Of a DNA stretch of 64,000 nucleotides, positions 36,849 to 47,769 are shown piece by piece. The position numbers were made by a program, and so were the translations under genes. The stretch lies in the NCBI GenBank assembly GCA_036172245.1, contig JAYWIR010000052.1, positions 62,001-126,000 of the forward strand. Reading direction: 5' to 3'. Positions within the stretch are counted from its first letter, which is position 1; each line of letters starts with the position of its first letter. This DNA comes from Raillietiella orientalis (lineage: Eukaryota). Below the pieces are notes generated by a model that saw nothing but the letters and a program-made list of their open reading frames with translations, had not been told where the DNA came from and searched no databases.

Positions 36849-37950
36849 CACCCGAGGGTGCGTATGACGCTTCAGGTTAGAGGGTCGCTCCCCGGAGCGG
36901 TCACCTCATGAATCCAGGAAGGTTCGCGAGGAAGGTGGGACTCCGCTCCTCTCGCGCTCGTTAGGAAACCGCGGAGGGAACGCTTCCTCGCCCTGGTTGT
37001 CGCCGAAGGGAACCTCTTCGTCGTCCTCGTTTTCTTCTCCGGAGGGACCCCCTGGAAGGTTCCACTCCTTGTTTACCCCTTCTCTGATGGGGATCCCAGA
37101 GGGATGCTTCCCAACTCCTCTGGAGGGCGCTCCCCGAAGGCAGCATCGCGCTTCTCGACTCTGCAGAGGCTACCCCCCCCTCAGGGAAGCATCGACCAGC
37201 TCCATGATAACGGCTTCTTCTTCACCCTCGGAGGGGGGGAAACCCGGAAGGGCTCCTTGACATCTTGGAAGAACCCCGGAGTGTCGACTTCCGATCCTCC
37301 GGGGCTGTTCCAAGATATTGGTCTCTCGACGGGGGCATCCGGGCGTTTCCAGCTTCCGCCGGAACCGCCGCGCCCGAATGTGAGCCAATCAGCGCCATCC
37401 TGAGGGGAGCTACAAACCGACGGCGACGACGCACCCTCCGTTCGCGAGGCTTCGATTCTTCCCCCCCGTGCGGGAGTCGAACCCGCGACGTCTGGCTCCG
37501 AGCCGGGAGGAGACTGTCAACGGGGACGCTCGCACACTACCCTTGCCCGGGGCTTCGCTCGAACTCATGCGGAAGAAGGGAAGACCCCAGCTCGGGCTCA
37601 CAGCTGGTGGGCACCCTCATGCGGTCCGACCGAGGAGCTTGCTTATTGGCGCGATGTTTCTCCCCTCAGCTAGCCAGCTCCGTCCATCGGGCGGGAACAG
37701 AGGGATTGCATAGGGGATGGTCCTTTCGCGCCTCAGGCTCGCGCTGAATTTCGGGATGTTCCAGTGGTGGTGGGCTACTTCAGATTTGCATAAATGCGGG
37801 CACCAAGGGACCGTCGGACAAAGGGTCGTCGCGCGACCCTGCAGGTGTCGTCCCCTTCCCAGTTCCGGTCAGCATTCGCGGAGCGGTGCGCGGTCCGCCC
37901 GAGCTCGAAACTCCGGAGGAAACTCCCCGAGCTGGGAGTCTGCCCTGACT
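36849..37950 (-). mobile_element. L1/Tx1-like ORF1 fragment including the acidic tail
   Basis: 36849-37512 is an inverted near-copy of 23628-24291; upstream LRRERTIPYAIPL is ORF1-like. Confidence 0.65.
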
Positions 37951-38499
37951 CCCGGCTGCCTCTGTCGACGTCTTCCGGTCCTCCATGGTTCATCGTGTCC
38001 CGCTCACGGTTGCCGGGGCGACGTCTGCGGACGAAGACGCTTCGCAAAGATGCGCTCAGCCACTTCCTTCTGCCGCTCTGCTTTAGGAGCTGCGGCGCCG
38101 CCGCCGCCACCTCCGCCGCGCGTCTCCGAGACAGGTCATCACCCCATGAACCGACCCGGGTTTCCCACGGCACGCGTCAGCGGCTTCCGGATACCACGGA
38201 TCGGAAGGAAGAAGAGGCGCTCGCATGCAGTCATTGGAAAGGATCGTCGTCGCCTTGACACGACAGTGCTGATGAGGGTCATCGGTGTCCGTCGTTCCTT
38301 CGTTTCAAATCCGACGCTGGACGCCCCCCATCTCCTTCTTGGCTTCCTTTTGCAGGTACATCCACCTTGCAGCCCGTCCTCGCATGGGCGGCTGCCATCT
38401 CGGAGACCACTCTTCGCTGTCAACGGTTGCATCAGAGCATATGCGTGCCGTGACGAACGGCACTGCGATGGTTGTGCCATCCCACCCGTCAAGAGTCCT

Positions 38500-39290
38500 C
38501 CCGGTGCGAAGAACCGCCGCAGCAGGTCGCGGGCGGTGTCTTCCTGGCGCAGGAGTGCTGCTGCCCAGCCTCCTCCACCACGGTTCCCGGAGGGCACCGC
38601 TGTCCCAAAGCAGGTGCGGCGACGACCCTACCGACCTGCACCAGGAACGGCAGTTCGGGGATGCACCCCCTGCGGAAGCGAGGTTGCAGGCGCTCGTTGC
38701 ACTGGAATCTCCCGTGGAAGAAGAGCAGCAGGGCCTGTTTCCAGGGCAGAGGGAACGCAGAAGTGCCCAGGCACTGGGAGGGGGAGGAAGGGCCGCAAGT
38801 TCTTCAGGGGGCAGCACTGAGAAGTGGAATCCTCGTCTCTAGGGCATGCGGAGTGGCAGCATCCGCCAGCTCGCGCGCGTCCTCCGACCTCCAAGGAGTT
38901 TCGTCCTTCCCGCGATGGCTCAGGACGAAAACTTCCACCTCGCCGGTCGGCGACTGCCGTCGCTTGCCCTGAAGGTTGCCCTGCAAAGAGGGGTGTGGCT
39001 GCCAGGGTCGACCAGTTCGCCGCATCCTCCATCGCCACTTCCAGTGGTCGTGGCAACAGATTTCGCAGGCGGTGAAGATGTTCAGGGTGCATTCCCTGGA
39101 ATGCAGCCCAGGACCCAACAGCCTCCTGCCGCTAGGCGTTAAAGTTCGTCAGGTAACGAGATGGTTGGTTACCACCACTAGGGAGGATTGCTTCAGGGGG
39201 GAAGCCAAATCCCCGCATTCCGCAGCGGGTGCCCTGCAGCAATGAAAACAGTCCTTCGCTTCCAGAACATCTCCTCAGGATGAGGCAGTC
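38500..39290 (-). mobile_element. Strongly diverged L1/Tx1-like ORF2 C-terminal fragment
   Basis: PNCRSWCRSVGSSPHLLWDSGALREPW zinc-finger remnant. Confidence 0.5.
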
Positions 39291-39539
39291 GGGGAGGGTC
39301 ACGCTGGGTCACTCGGGGGCGTTTCCTTTATAAAAAATAAAGCAATCGGGAACATGCTGACTCCCAACCAAAGGCAAAAGAATTTCAAAGGGAGGGTTTA
39401 CCAACGTGCGGGGATGAAGAAAAGTCCGGAGCGGGAGAGGGGATCGGGGGGCAACAAAAAATAAAAATAAAATAAATCCACTGGGATAGGAGAGGGATTT
39501 TTAGGTCCGCTCCGTGTGCACCCTGAACGGTCGGGGAGG

Positions 39540-40300
39540 TTTGTCACCCGGATATGCAGAAGCATTTATTATAAAAATTATAATAAAAGTCGATATTTTT
39601 TACAATACTGTGGTAGAACACGTGGTTGTTGTACCCGCCTTTTCCCGCTTTCGATGCGGCAGGACGCTTCCTACCTTGCGGAAAGGCCCTTGCGTCCTTA
39701 ATGGAGGACAGCACTGGGACAAAAGGGGCGAACGACACTCGCAGCAGTTTGGGTGGGCTGCACGCGATCTTCCACGGGCGAACACTTGTTGGGACCGGCG
39801 CGCAGACCGGCGAGGTCCATTGCCGCAGCGAAAGGGGAGGGAAAACTCCAAAACAAACAAAAAAAAAGATGGGGAAAATGTTTCTTCGGGGGAGGAGAGG
39901 AGGGAAGGGATCACGGTACGCAGGGAGACGTCAATTGCATCCTGTCCAGGATGCTGACAAGTTCTGTGCTTGTTTGTCCTAGGTGGAGCCATCGGGAAGC
40001 GGTCTTAAAGGAGATCCCCCCCCAGTGGATGACGTCTCTATCGTTCCTCCCTCCTTTGGCGTCGCTCCACGTCTCCACGATCCCGCGTGGGCTGCAAAGT
40101 GCTGCTGGGGATGCGGCTGGCTGCAGGGTGTCCCCACGAAAAGAGGGTCCGCATTGCATCTCTGGCGTTGCCACCGGGGGACCCGAGGGTCGTGGCAAAG
40201 CGTCCCCAAAGGGGCAGAAGGACAACACAGTCCAGTAGGAGGTGCGGCAAGGATTCCTGCTCCCTCGAACCTTGCACAGTTCGGGTCCACACAACCCGTG
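39540..40300 (-). mobile_element. L1/Tx1-like zf-RVT, ORF2 end and 3' UTR (3' part of a second host copy)
   Basis: ESLPHLLLDCV, ILDRMQLT, UTR fold. Confidence 0.8.
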
Positions 40301-41986
40301 ACCAGGTTGATGCAACGTGGGCAGGACGACCTGACTGGATCCGCCTGGGGATCCCCACGGAGAGGTACTTGAAGTACCTTGGCGTTCCGTTGAGGGACTT
40401 CTGCCAGTCAGAAGGCTGGTCAGGTCGTCTCCAGAAAGTGGAGTCGGCGATCGACCCGTTCCTGGAAGGCAAGTTTCACTTGCGGAAACGGGCCGCGGTG
40501 TGGAACGCGTTCGCGGCCCCCCTCCTTCACCCCCTGCTTTTTGTTTGCCCCGTACCACGCGAGATGAAGAAGAGAACCAAGGACCTCCTGCGCATCGCCC
40601 TGTGGGGCAGCAGGAGGCTTCGTGTGCCTCTGCAGGACTCGTGCGCTCCGCGTCGGGATGGCAGTCTCGGCCTCCTGACGCTCGAGCGGATGGAAATTCA
40701 GCTGCGATGGCGAACGTTGGCCATCGCGGCGAAGTACTGGAGCACCCATTGGTGCGTTCCGACCCGCCTCCTCGCCAGCCGTGTATCCAGAGCGGGAGGG
40801 CTCTCCTCTTTTCTTCTGTGCCCCGGCCAGAGAATAAGAAGATGCGGCCTTCTCCTCAAACGCATGGCCACCGTGGCCAAGGAGAACGGCTGGATGGCCT
40901 GCAGCCCCGCCAACTCCAGCGCATAGCTGGAAGAAACAGTTGGCGAAGTTGAACCAGTCAAGTGGTGAATCCTGGAACCGCCTGCGACCCGGCATCTACA
41001 CCCGCTGCACGCTGCGGAACGTGCTCGAGTGTCTTGCCAGAAGCACGTGGGAGGAGACGACCCCACTAACCACGGCGCTGCCCTTCTTGAGGAGGGCGCT
41101 CGGCAGCAGCCGAACGCCGAGGTGGCAAGTCTCCTGCCGGAGAGCGGGCAAGGAGAAGCTGTTGGACCATGAGGGAACTGGCTGACGACGCGACCCCGAG
41201 TGTCCTTCCGCGAGGAAGTCAGAGATGGGGCGAGCTTCTGGGCATTCCGCTGGATGACCTAAAGTGACCCCCGGTATTTGGAGACGCATCCACCTTCCCC
41301 CTCAAGTGGCAGGAATCGGCGCTGCTGCTGTTGCACCGGGGTTTTCCCTGCAACGCGCGCCGCCACCACTGGACGTTGGAGATGGTGGGACAGAAGTGTG
41401 CAGCAGTGTGCGGGGAAAAGGAATCCCTCTCCCACCTGTTATTGGACTGCGCTGCCCTCCGGCCTTTGCGGGAACGTTTTGCTACGACCCTCCGGATGTC
41501 GGTCGGCAGCCCCCCAGAGACGTTGTACGCCTCCTCTTCGTGCGAGACACCCTGCAACCAGCCTCAGCCCTGGCAGCGCTCTGCTGCCTCCGAGGGGATT
41601 GTGGCTGCGTGGAGCGCAGCCAACAGAGGAAGCAGCGAGAGGGACCCCATCGTACACCCGGGTCGCTACCCGCGGATCGCGATTGGATGGTCCTATCCGG
41701 GAGCTATGCGGAGGGACCTCGAGGACATCCTGGAAAGGATGGTCTCTTCCTCCAGCGGACAGTGATGCCTTCCCGGCCCACCCAACTGTTTCTTTTTTCT
41801 TTTTTTTTTGTTTTCCTTTTTATTTTTATTTTTGTTTTCTCCCCCATCCTCTCCGCTGCCGACGAGTGTGGAGTCGGTCTGCGTACCGGCTTCCCGGCAG
41901 GCCCCATGAACTATTGGCCGCAGCGGGGCCTCGTACCGCAAATGTACAGACTTTAGAAATAAACGCCCCGGCGTGACCGGATGGGA
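40301..41986 (+). mobile_element. Copy X', inverted duplicate of 31995-33694
   Basis: ORF translations are identical to the X ORFs except isolated residues (GGLG vs GSLG). Confidence 0.9.
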
Positions 41987-41988
41987 AC

Positions 41989-42690
41989 TCCCTCGCTTTG
42001 CAGTGGTGGAGGTGCGCTTTGCATGGGGATTCCCCCACGCAACACCGGCAGCGCCAACTCCCGATACTTGAGAGGGAGGGCTCCACTGTTCCAGCACGCT
42101 GGGGGACATCCCACCTCCTCCGGAGGGATGGCGAGGCAGCTCACCCCTTAGGCGCGACACTCGGTGTCGCAGCGTCCGTGAGCTGCTCAGTTGTCCACGC
42201 TCTCTGCCTCGCTCGCTCAGTGGATCTTCTCCCGTGTGGAAACTGACTTCTGTAGCCAGGCAGTGCAGTTCGTGGAAAAGCAGGAAATCCAGGTACACCA
42301 AGGCAAGCAACCATCCGACGACCTCCCTGTGTTTCACAGGGGGGTCCCGAATCAGGTTCACAGGGCTTTCTTCAGGAGGTCCTCGGTTCGCTTCCTGATG
42401 TTGGGTGGGACGGGGTAAACAAAAAACAGGGGGCGGAGGAGGGGAGCCGCGAACGCGTTCCACACCGCGGTTCGTTCCTGCAAGTAGGACCTGCTGTTAC
42501 GGAACGGACCTAGCGCTATGTCCACTTTTCAGAGACGGCTGGACCAGGGTGCTTCTGCAACGCAGAATTCCCCCAGCGGAACGCCAAGGTACTTGATTTA
42601 CCCGCCCTTGGGGATCCGCAAGTGGATCCAGTCCAACCTACGCTGCACCAACTAGCACCAGTGACGACTTCGCCTTGTTCAGCTCAAGTG
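41989..42690 (-). mobile_element. L1/Tx1-like RT thumb/C-terminal fragment (5' part of the second host copy)
   Basis: KYLGVP and WNAFAAPLLRPLFFV motifs on the minus strand. Confidence 0.7.
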
Positions 42691-43059
42691 GTCGGGGAGG
42701 TCGGTTTATGCGGACGTGCGCATTCCGAACTGCACGGCTGTCCGTGGCCGCGTCTTCCTTATCGCCACCTGCCTACTGCCTCTTCTTGCGCTGTTTCCAA
42801 CGGCGTCCCAAAGCGCCGGGGGCAAGACTCCCGAACGTGCCGTTTCCGTTCAGCAACGCCCTTCTCGAAAGCGGCTTCCCCTCCCGTCACATGACCACCC
42901 CGTATCTTTGCACGAGCCCCACGTTCGAGCGCGGCAGAACGCGAGCCACGCCGACTCGGCTGGTTTTGTTTTGCGGGCGTTTCGATGCGCCGCCGGGTGA
43001 TCCGGCGATCGCTTCGCTTGGGCGTGCTCCAGCTCGCTCTTGTCTTTGGAGCTCATGTA

Positions 43060-44030
43060 GGTCAACCCGTGAGCAGAATTCGCATCTTCCCTTTGTGGCC
43101 CTGGCAACCAGAAGACGAGACTCGTCCGGAGCACGCGGCACGCAAGGCCGCGTACCCTGTTTTCCCGAAATACCCTCCCTGAGGGAGCACATAGGCAGCA
43201 GCATTCCGGCAAGGTGGGAGGTTACTATGGAGATCTCTGGCAGGAAAAAAGGACTGGGCGAGTGGATGATGGGCAAGCTTACAGACACTGTGACCGCAGG
43301 TGTCCCACCTCGTGGACATTTTCTCTGGAGCGAGCTTGTGGATATTCCGAAGGAAGACCTGCAGTGGTCCCCAGCGTGTTGGGACAGTGGCACTCTCCCA
43401 TGAAAGTGGCGGGAGTCAGTGCTGATGCTGCTGCACTGGGGACTCCTGTGCTACGCCAGCCGACATCATTGAAGCCGGGTGTGTGTGGACCCCAACTGTG
43501 GCAGGTGCGGGGAACGGGAATCCCTCCCGCACCTGCTGGTGGACTTTGTCATTCCCTGGCCCCTCTGGGAACTCTTCGCCGCGACCCTAGGAACCCCCGG
43601 CGGCAACTCCAGGGACGATTTAAGGCCCCTCCTCCTAAGCGACGCACTTCGTCAGGCAGCCTCGACGGCAGTCCCCTGCTGACTACGAGAGATCGTTTCT
43701 TCCTGGAGCCATGCAAAAGGAGGACCGAGAGACAGGGGTGCCAAATCCACTTTGCTTCATGAGGATGGCAACAAGATGACCCCATCTGGAGGGACAGTAT
43801 GCAGCAAGAGCTTGCCGGAATCCTCTAAAGGATGCAGAGGACCGCCCCCAGCAGGACGTGACCCCTTCCTGCACACCTTCTTCCTTCGAGTTTCTTTATT
43901 TATTTTTGTTTCCTTTTCTTCTTTTTGTTTGCCCCCTCCCCTCTGCTGCCGTGATGGATCTCAGCGGTCTGAGAACCGGCAATCCGGCAGACTCCCGTTG
44001 GAATGGACGTGGTATTTCACCCGGTTCTGC
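43060..44030 (+). mobile_element. L1/Tx1-like ORF2 C-terminus, zf-RVT and 3' UTR
   Basis: DPNCGRCGERESLPHLLVDF; UTR fold. Confidence 0.85.
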
Positions 44031-44049
44031 CAGGACATTTCTCATTATT

Positions 44050-44720
44050 AAGGTCACAATTAAAGCGTACAGGTTTACAACAACGTGGTAGAACACTTGG
44101 TTCTACCACGTGCGTGAAACTTGCCAAGACCGGTATGTGGATCGGCGAGGTCCGTTTCCACGGCGACAGGAAGGGAAAAACCGAAGCAAGAAGACAAACA
44201 ATCAAAAAACCAAAAAAGGGGGAGAAAATGCTTCCTGAGGAGGGGGGTGGGTTTATCGTCCGGATGTGCAGGGTGATAAACCCATAACTCATAACAATAA
44301 TAAAAGTACATTTCAATTAGTCACGTAGCGAAGCACTTGGGTCACCACGTCCGTCCAACTTGCCCGTCACCGGAATGGTGGATGGTGAGGTCCGCTCCAG
44401 CAGCGAAGGGGGAGGGAAAACCACATACACACACACCAAAAAAAAGGGGGGGAAAAAAAGGGGGTGGGAGGAAACGTTTCTTGAGGAGGGGAGGGCGGGG
44501 AAGGGATCCCATTTCGCCGGGGGACATCCTCTGCATCCTGCCCAGGATGCTGACAAGTGGTGTTCCTGTGTTGCCCAGGTGGGACCATCTCGTGGCGGTC
44601 ATCAGGAAGAATTGTTGCCCAGTGGATGGCGTCATTGAATGCACGTGGTTGGGCCACCGGTCCAACCAGAATGTTTGCAAGCGTTTATTTTTCACATTAA
44701 ATAAACGCCCCTCTGGCGCG
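44050..44720. mobile_element. Cluster of short L1/Tx1-like 3' UTR fragments (two minus, one plus)
   Basis: Hairpin at 44083-44111; 44293-44575 is a direct copy of 25611-25895; aataaacgcccc at about 44700. Confidence 0.7.
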
Positions 44721-45357
44721 CCCCGCGCGGCAACTGTTTTCCCGAACGGGGGATTCCTCTGAAATGCTCCCCCCCCCATCCCCATCCCCATCCAGGTGGC
44801 TCGGTCGGCAGCCTCCGCTCGTTCCTGTTGGCGCGCGCGTCTCCGCTGCCACCATCTCCGGTCGACCGAGTGGGGGTTCCATGCGTCTGCGGACCTCCGC
44901 GACGCGGCTCTCAAGCTGCGGAAGGAGGAAACGCGCAGGGCAACCGCCCTCCCGCCACTTCCGGCCAGCCCGGTCGCCGAGAACCACCGAACCGTTGCCT
45001 GCCGACCGTCGAACGTTCAGGATCGCCGCCACCGGATCTCGCGGTACTTCTACGCGCTTTCTCCCCCAGAGGCGTAAGAGGTCATCACCTCGGCGTATGC
45101 GCTCCGTGTCGAAGAAGGACAGCTCCCGAAGGAACAGCGAAGCCCTGAGAGAAAGCGGCGGCAGGTTGTCCCAGGAGCGCAAGATCCGTGAGGACCACCG
45201 CCTTCCACTTCGCTGCCTTCCTCCCACCTCTTCTATGTCTTTTTTTTTTCTTTTCCTTTTTTAAGGGGTTCGGCAAGTGCTGAAGAAACGCCCACCTCCT
45301 TAGGGGAGGGGTCACTGTCCACGACACCTGAGGATACGTGTGACCCTTCAGGTTAGG

Positions 45358-46308
45358 TTTAACAACCGGTAACACCGGGGCATTTATTATAAAAATGAAC
45401 ATACAAGTGTAGGGCGATCAGCCCTACATCGTCCGAAAACGTTCGGAGCTGGCAGAGCGACCGGCACGCAGGCCGGAGAGGTTCACCTCGGCAGCGGAGG
45501 GGCAAGGGACAAACAAAAAGAAAAAGAAAAGAAAACACTATTTACAAAAAGAATAGGAGGATTGGGGAAGGGATCACTGTCCGCTGGGGGCCGTCCTCTG
45601 CTTCTTTTCCAGGATGCCGTCAAGTTCCATCCGAGTATGTCTCAGGTGGGACCATCTTGCTGCCGTCCTCAGGAAGCGCAGGGTGAAGCAGATGGCGTCC
45701 CTGTCGCGCCGCCCTCCTCTCGCGTAACTCCAGGCCGCCACGGTCTTACGTAGGCAGCAGCAAAGAGCTGCTGGGGATGCGGCTGGCGGTAGGGCATCAT
45801 CCCGCGTGAAGAAGAGTTTTACAACGTCCCCGGGGTTGTCCGTCGGTGCACCAAGGGCCGTTGCGAAACGCAACCATAGAAGCCGGAGGGCAACACAGTC
45901 TACAAGCAAGTGCGGGAGCTGGGATTCCTGTTCCCCGCACCTGCAACAGTTGGGGTCCACAGCCCCCCGGCCCCCCGTGAGACCGGTGGGCATTGCACAG
46001 GAAGCCCAGTGCAACAAGAGAAGTGCCGACTCCTGTCAGTTCAGGGAGAGGGTCCGTTTGTTCTTCAGCGCTGGGGGCCAATAGAGGTCTTCATGTGGGA
46101 TTCCCAGAAGCTCACCCCAGAGCAATAGTCCTTTCGGTAGAGCACTTGGGGTCACAACGCCCGTGATCTGACCCGTGGTCCAACAACCTAGTTCCTTCGT
46201 CTTTGGCCAGCTGGTTACTGCCCAGGTGCTCCCTGAAGGGCAACGCGGCGGCTAGGGGGGTTCTTTGCCCGCATACACACGTGGTGGGCTGCATAATGAC
46301 GTCCTGTT
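45358..46308 (-). mobile_element. 5'-truncated L1/Tx1-like insertion with 13-bp TSD
   Basis: DPNCCRCGEQESQLPHLLVDCVALR; TSD ccttcaggttagg (45345-45357) / ccttcatgttagg (46309-46321). Confidence 0.88.
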
Positions 46309-47310
46309 CCTTCATGTTAGGGGGTCATCCCCGGAGGGACCACCCCATGAATCCGTGAAAGCTTCCGAGAAAGGACGGAGTCCGTTCCTCTCTTACTCCT
46401 GGTAGAGGAACTCTGGAGGGAACACATCTTCTCCCTGGTTGTCGCCGAAGGGAATCTCTTCGTCGTCGTCGTTTTCTTCTCCGGAGGAAACCCCCGGAAA
46501 GGGTCCGCCCCTCTGGAGAGAGCCCCAGAGGGACGCTTCCTGATATTGTCTGAAGGGTCGCTCCCGTAGGGAGCGGCGCGCATCTTGACACTCTGGAGAG
46601 GGGACGGCTCCCTCTTCACAACCAGAGGGGAATCCCCGAAGGATTCCTTGATGTCCTGGAAAGTCAACTTGCAATCCGAGCCAGCCAACCGGGGCATCCG
46701 GGTTTTCCACCAGTGCGGTCGCACCCGAACGGGCCAACCAGCGCCACCCTGCGGCGGAGGTGGGAGGGAACTGGAAAACGAAAGACGCACCCCCCATTTC
46801 TCGGAGCGCAGACCCTTCCCCCGATGGAATTCGAACCCGTGATGACGCTTTGGTGCCACGCCGGCGGAGGCCGTCGCTATGGCAAAACTCGAGAACTCGG
46901 GAACTTGAAGCAGGTCATCCTCGGTCATGATGTGCATCGAAAGCCCGGAGCTGCTCGAGGCGCACAAAGTGGTCCTGAGAGGTTTCGGAAGCCTCCGCTG
47001 TGGTGCCGCACCCTGAAACAGGCCGACGCACCAACATGCGAAAACACAAAAACACCTCAGTGATTCTCAGGTGAGATTAGAAGAACGGGCGGTGGCCTTT
47101 CGGTGTCCAGGTAGATGGTGGAATACATCAACGCGAAGGTTCAGTTGAGAGCGCGCACCAGAGGGGAGGGGGGGGGGATGGCGACCTCGAATTTCAGTCG
47201 GGTGCGGGTCCGAGCGTCACTCACGTTCAGCGCGATTTGCCAAAACACATCGGCGAGCCGTCGATATGAATTTGTTGGGACCACGTGGACGAGACAAGTC
47301 GTGTCGAAGA
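46309..47310 (-). mobile_element. L1/Tx1-like ORF1 (RRM-like region, knuckle remnant, acidic tail); host continues below 45357
   Basis: DTTCLVHVVP...IYLDTERPPPVLLI...ACFR followed by GEENDDDEEIPFGDNQGEDV. Confidence 0.65.
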
Positions 47311-47769
47311 AGTGAAGAAAAAAAAATGCTTGCAGCCAATGGCAGCTTGATTTTTTTATTTTTATCTTATGTTCTCCATCCCCCCCCCCCCCCCCAATGC
47401 TCTTCATCGTGGTCGTGACCTCCGAAAACAAAAGTTCAATGCAAGAAGAGGCAGAAAGGATACCTCCTTCCTCCCGCTCGCCTCCTCGGTAAAGGGGGGC
47501 GCGTGCTCTCTGAGCCTCCAGGAAGGCGAGCGTGGCCCTGGCAAGCCCGCGCGAGGGTGCGGAATCCCCAAAGGTCACGCGCGCTCGCTGGCGGCACAAT
47601 GACCAATCATACTGCAGCTGCTGCGCATTTCGCGTTCCCGCCTCCCGGCCCAGCCGTCCCGACGAGACGTCCCAGCGCGGCGAAGGTCCGCCAGACTCCC
47701 CTCCTCTCCCTCTTTCCCTTGGAGCAAAGAGCGGACTCTTCGTCCCGCGTCAGCGCTTCAAATTATGGA

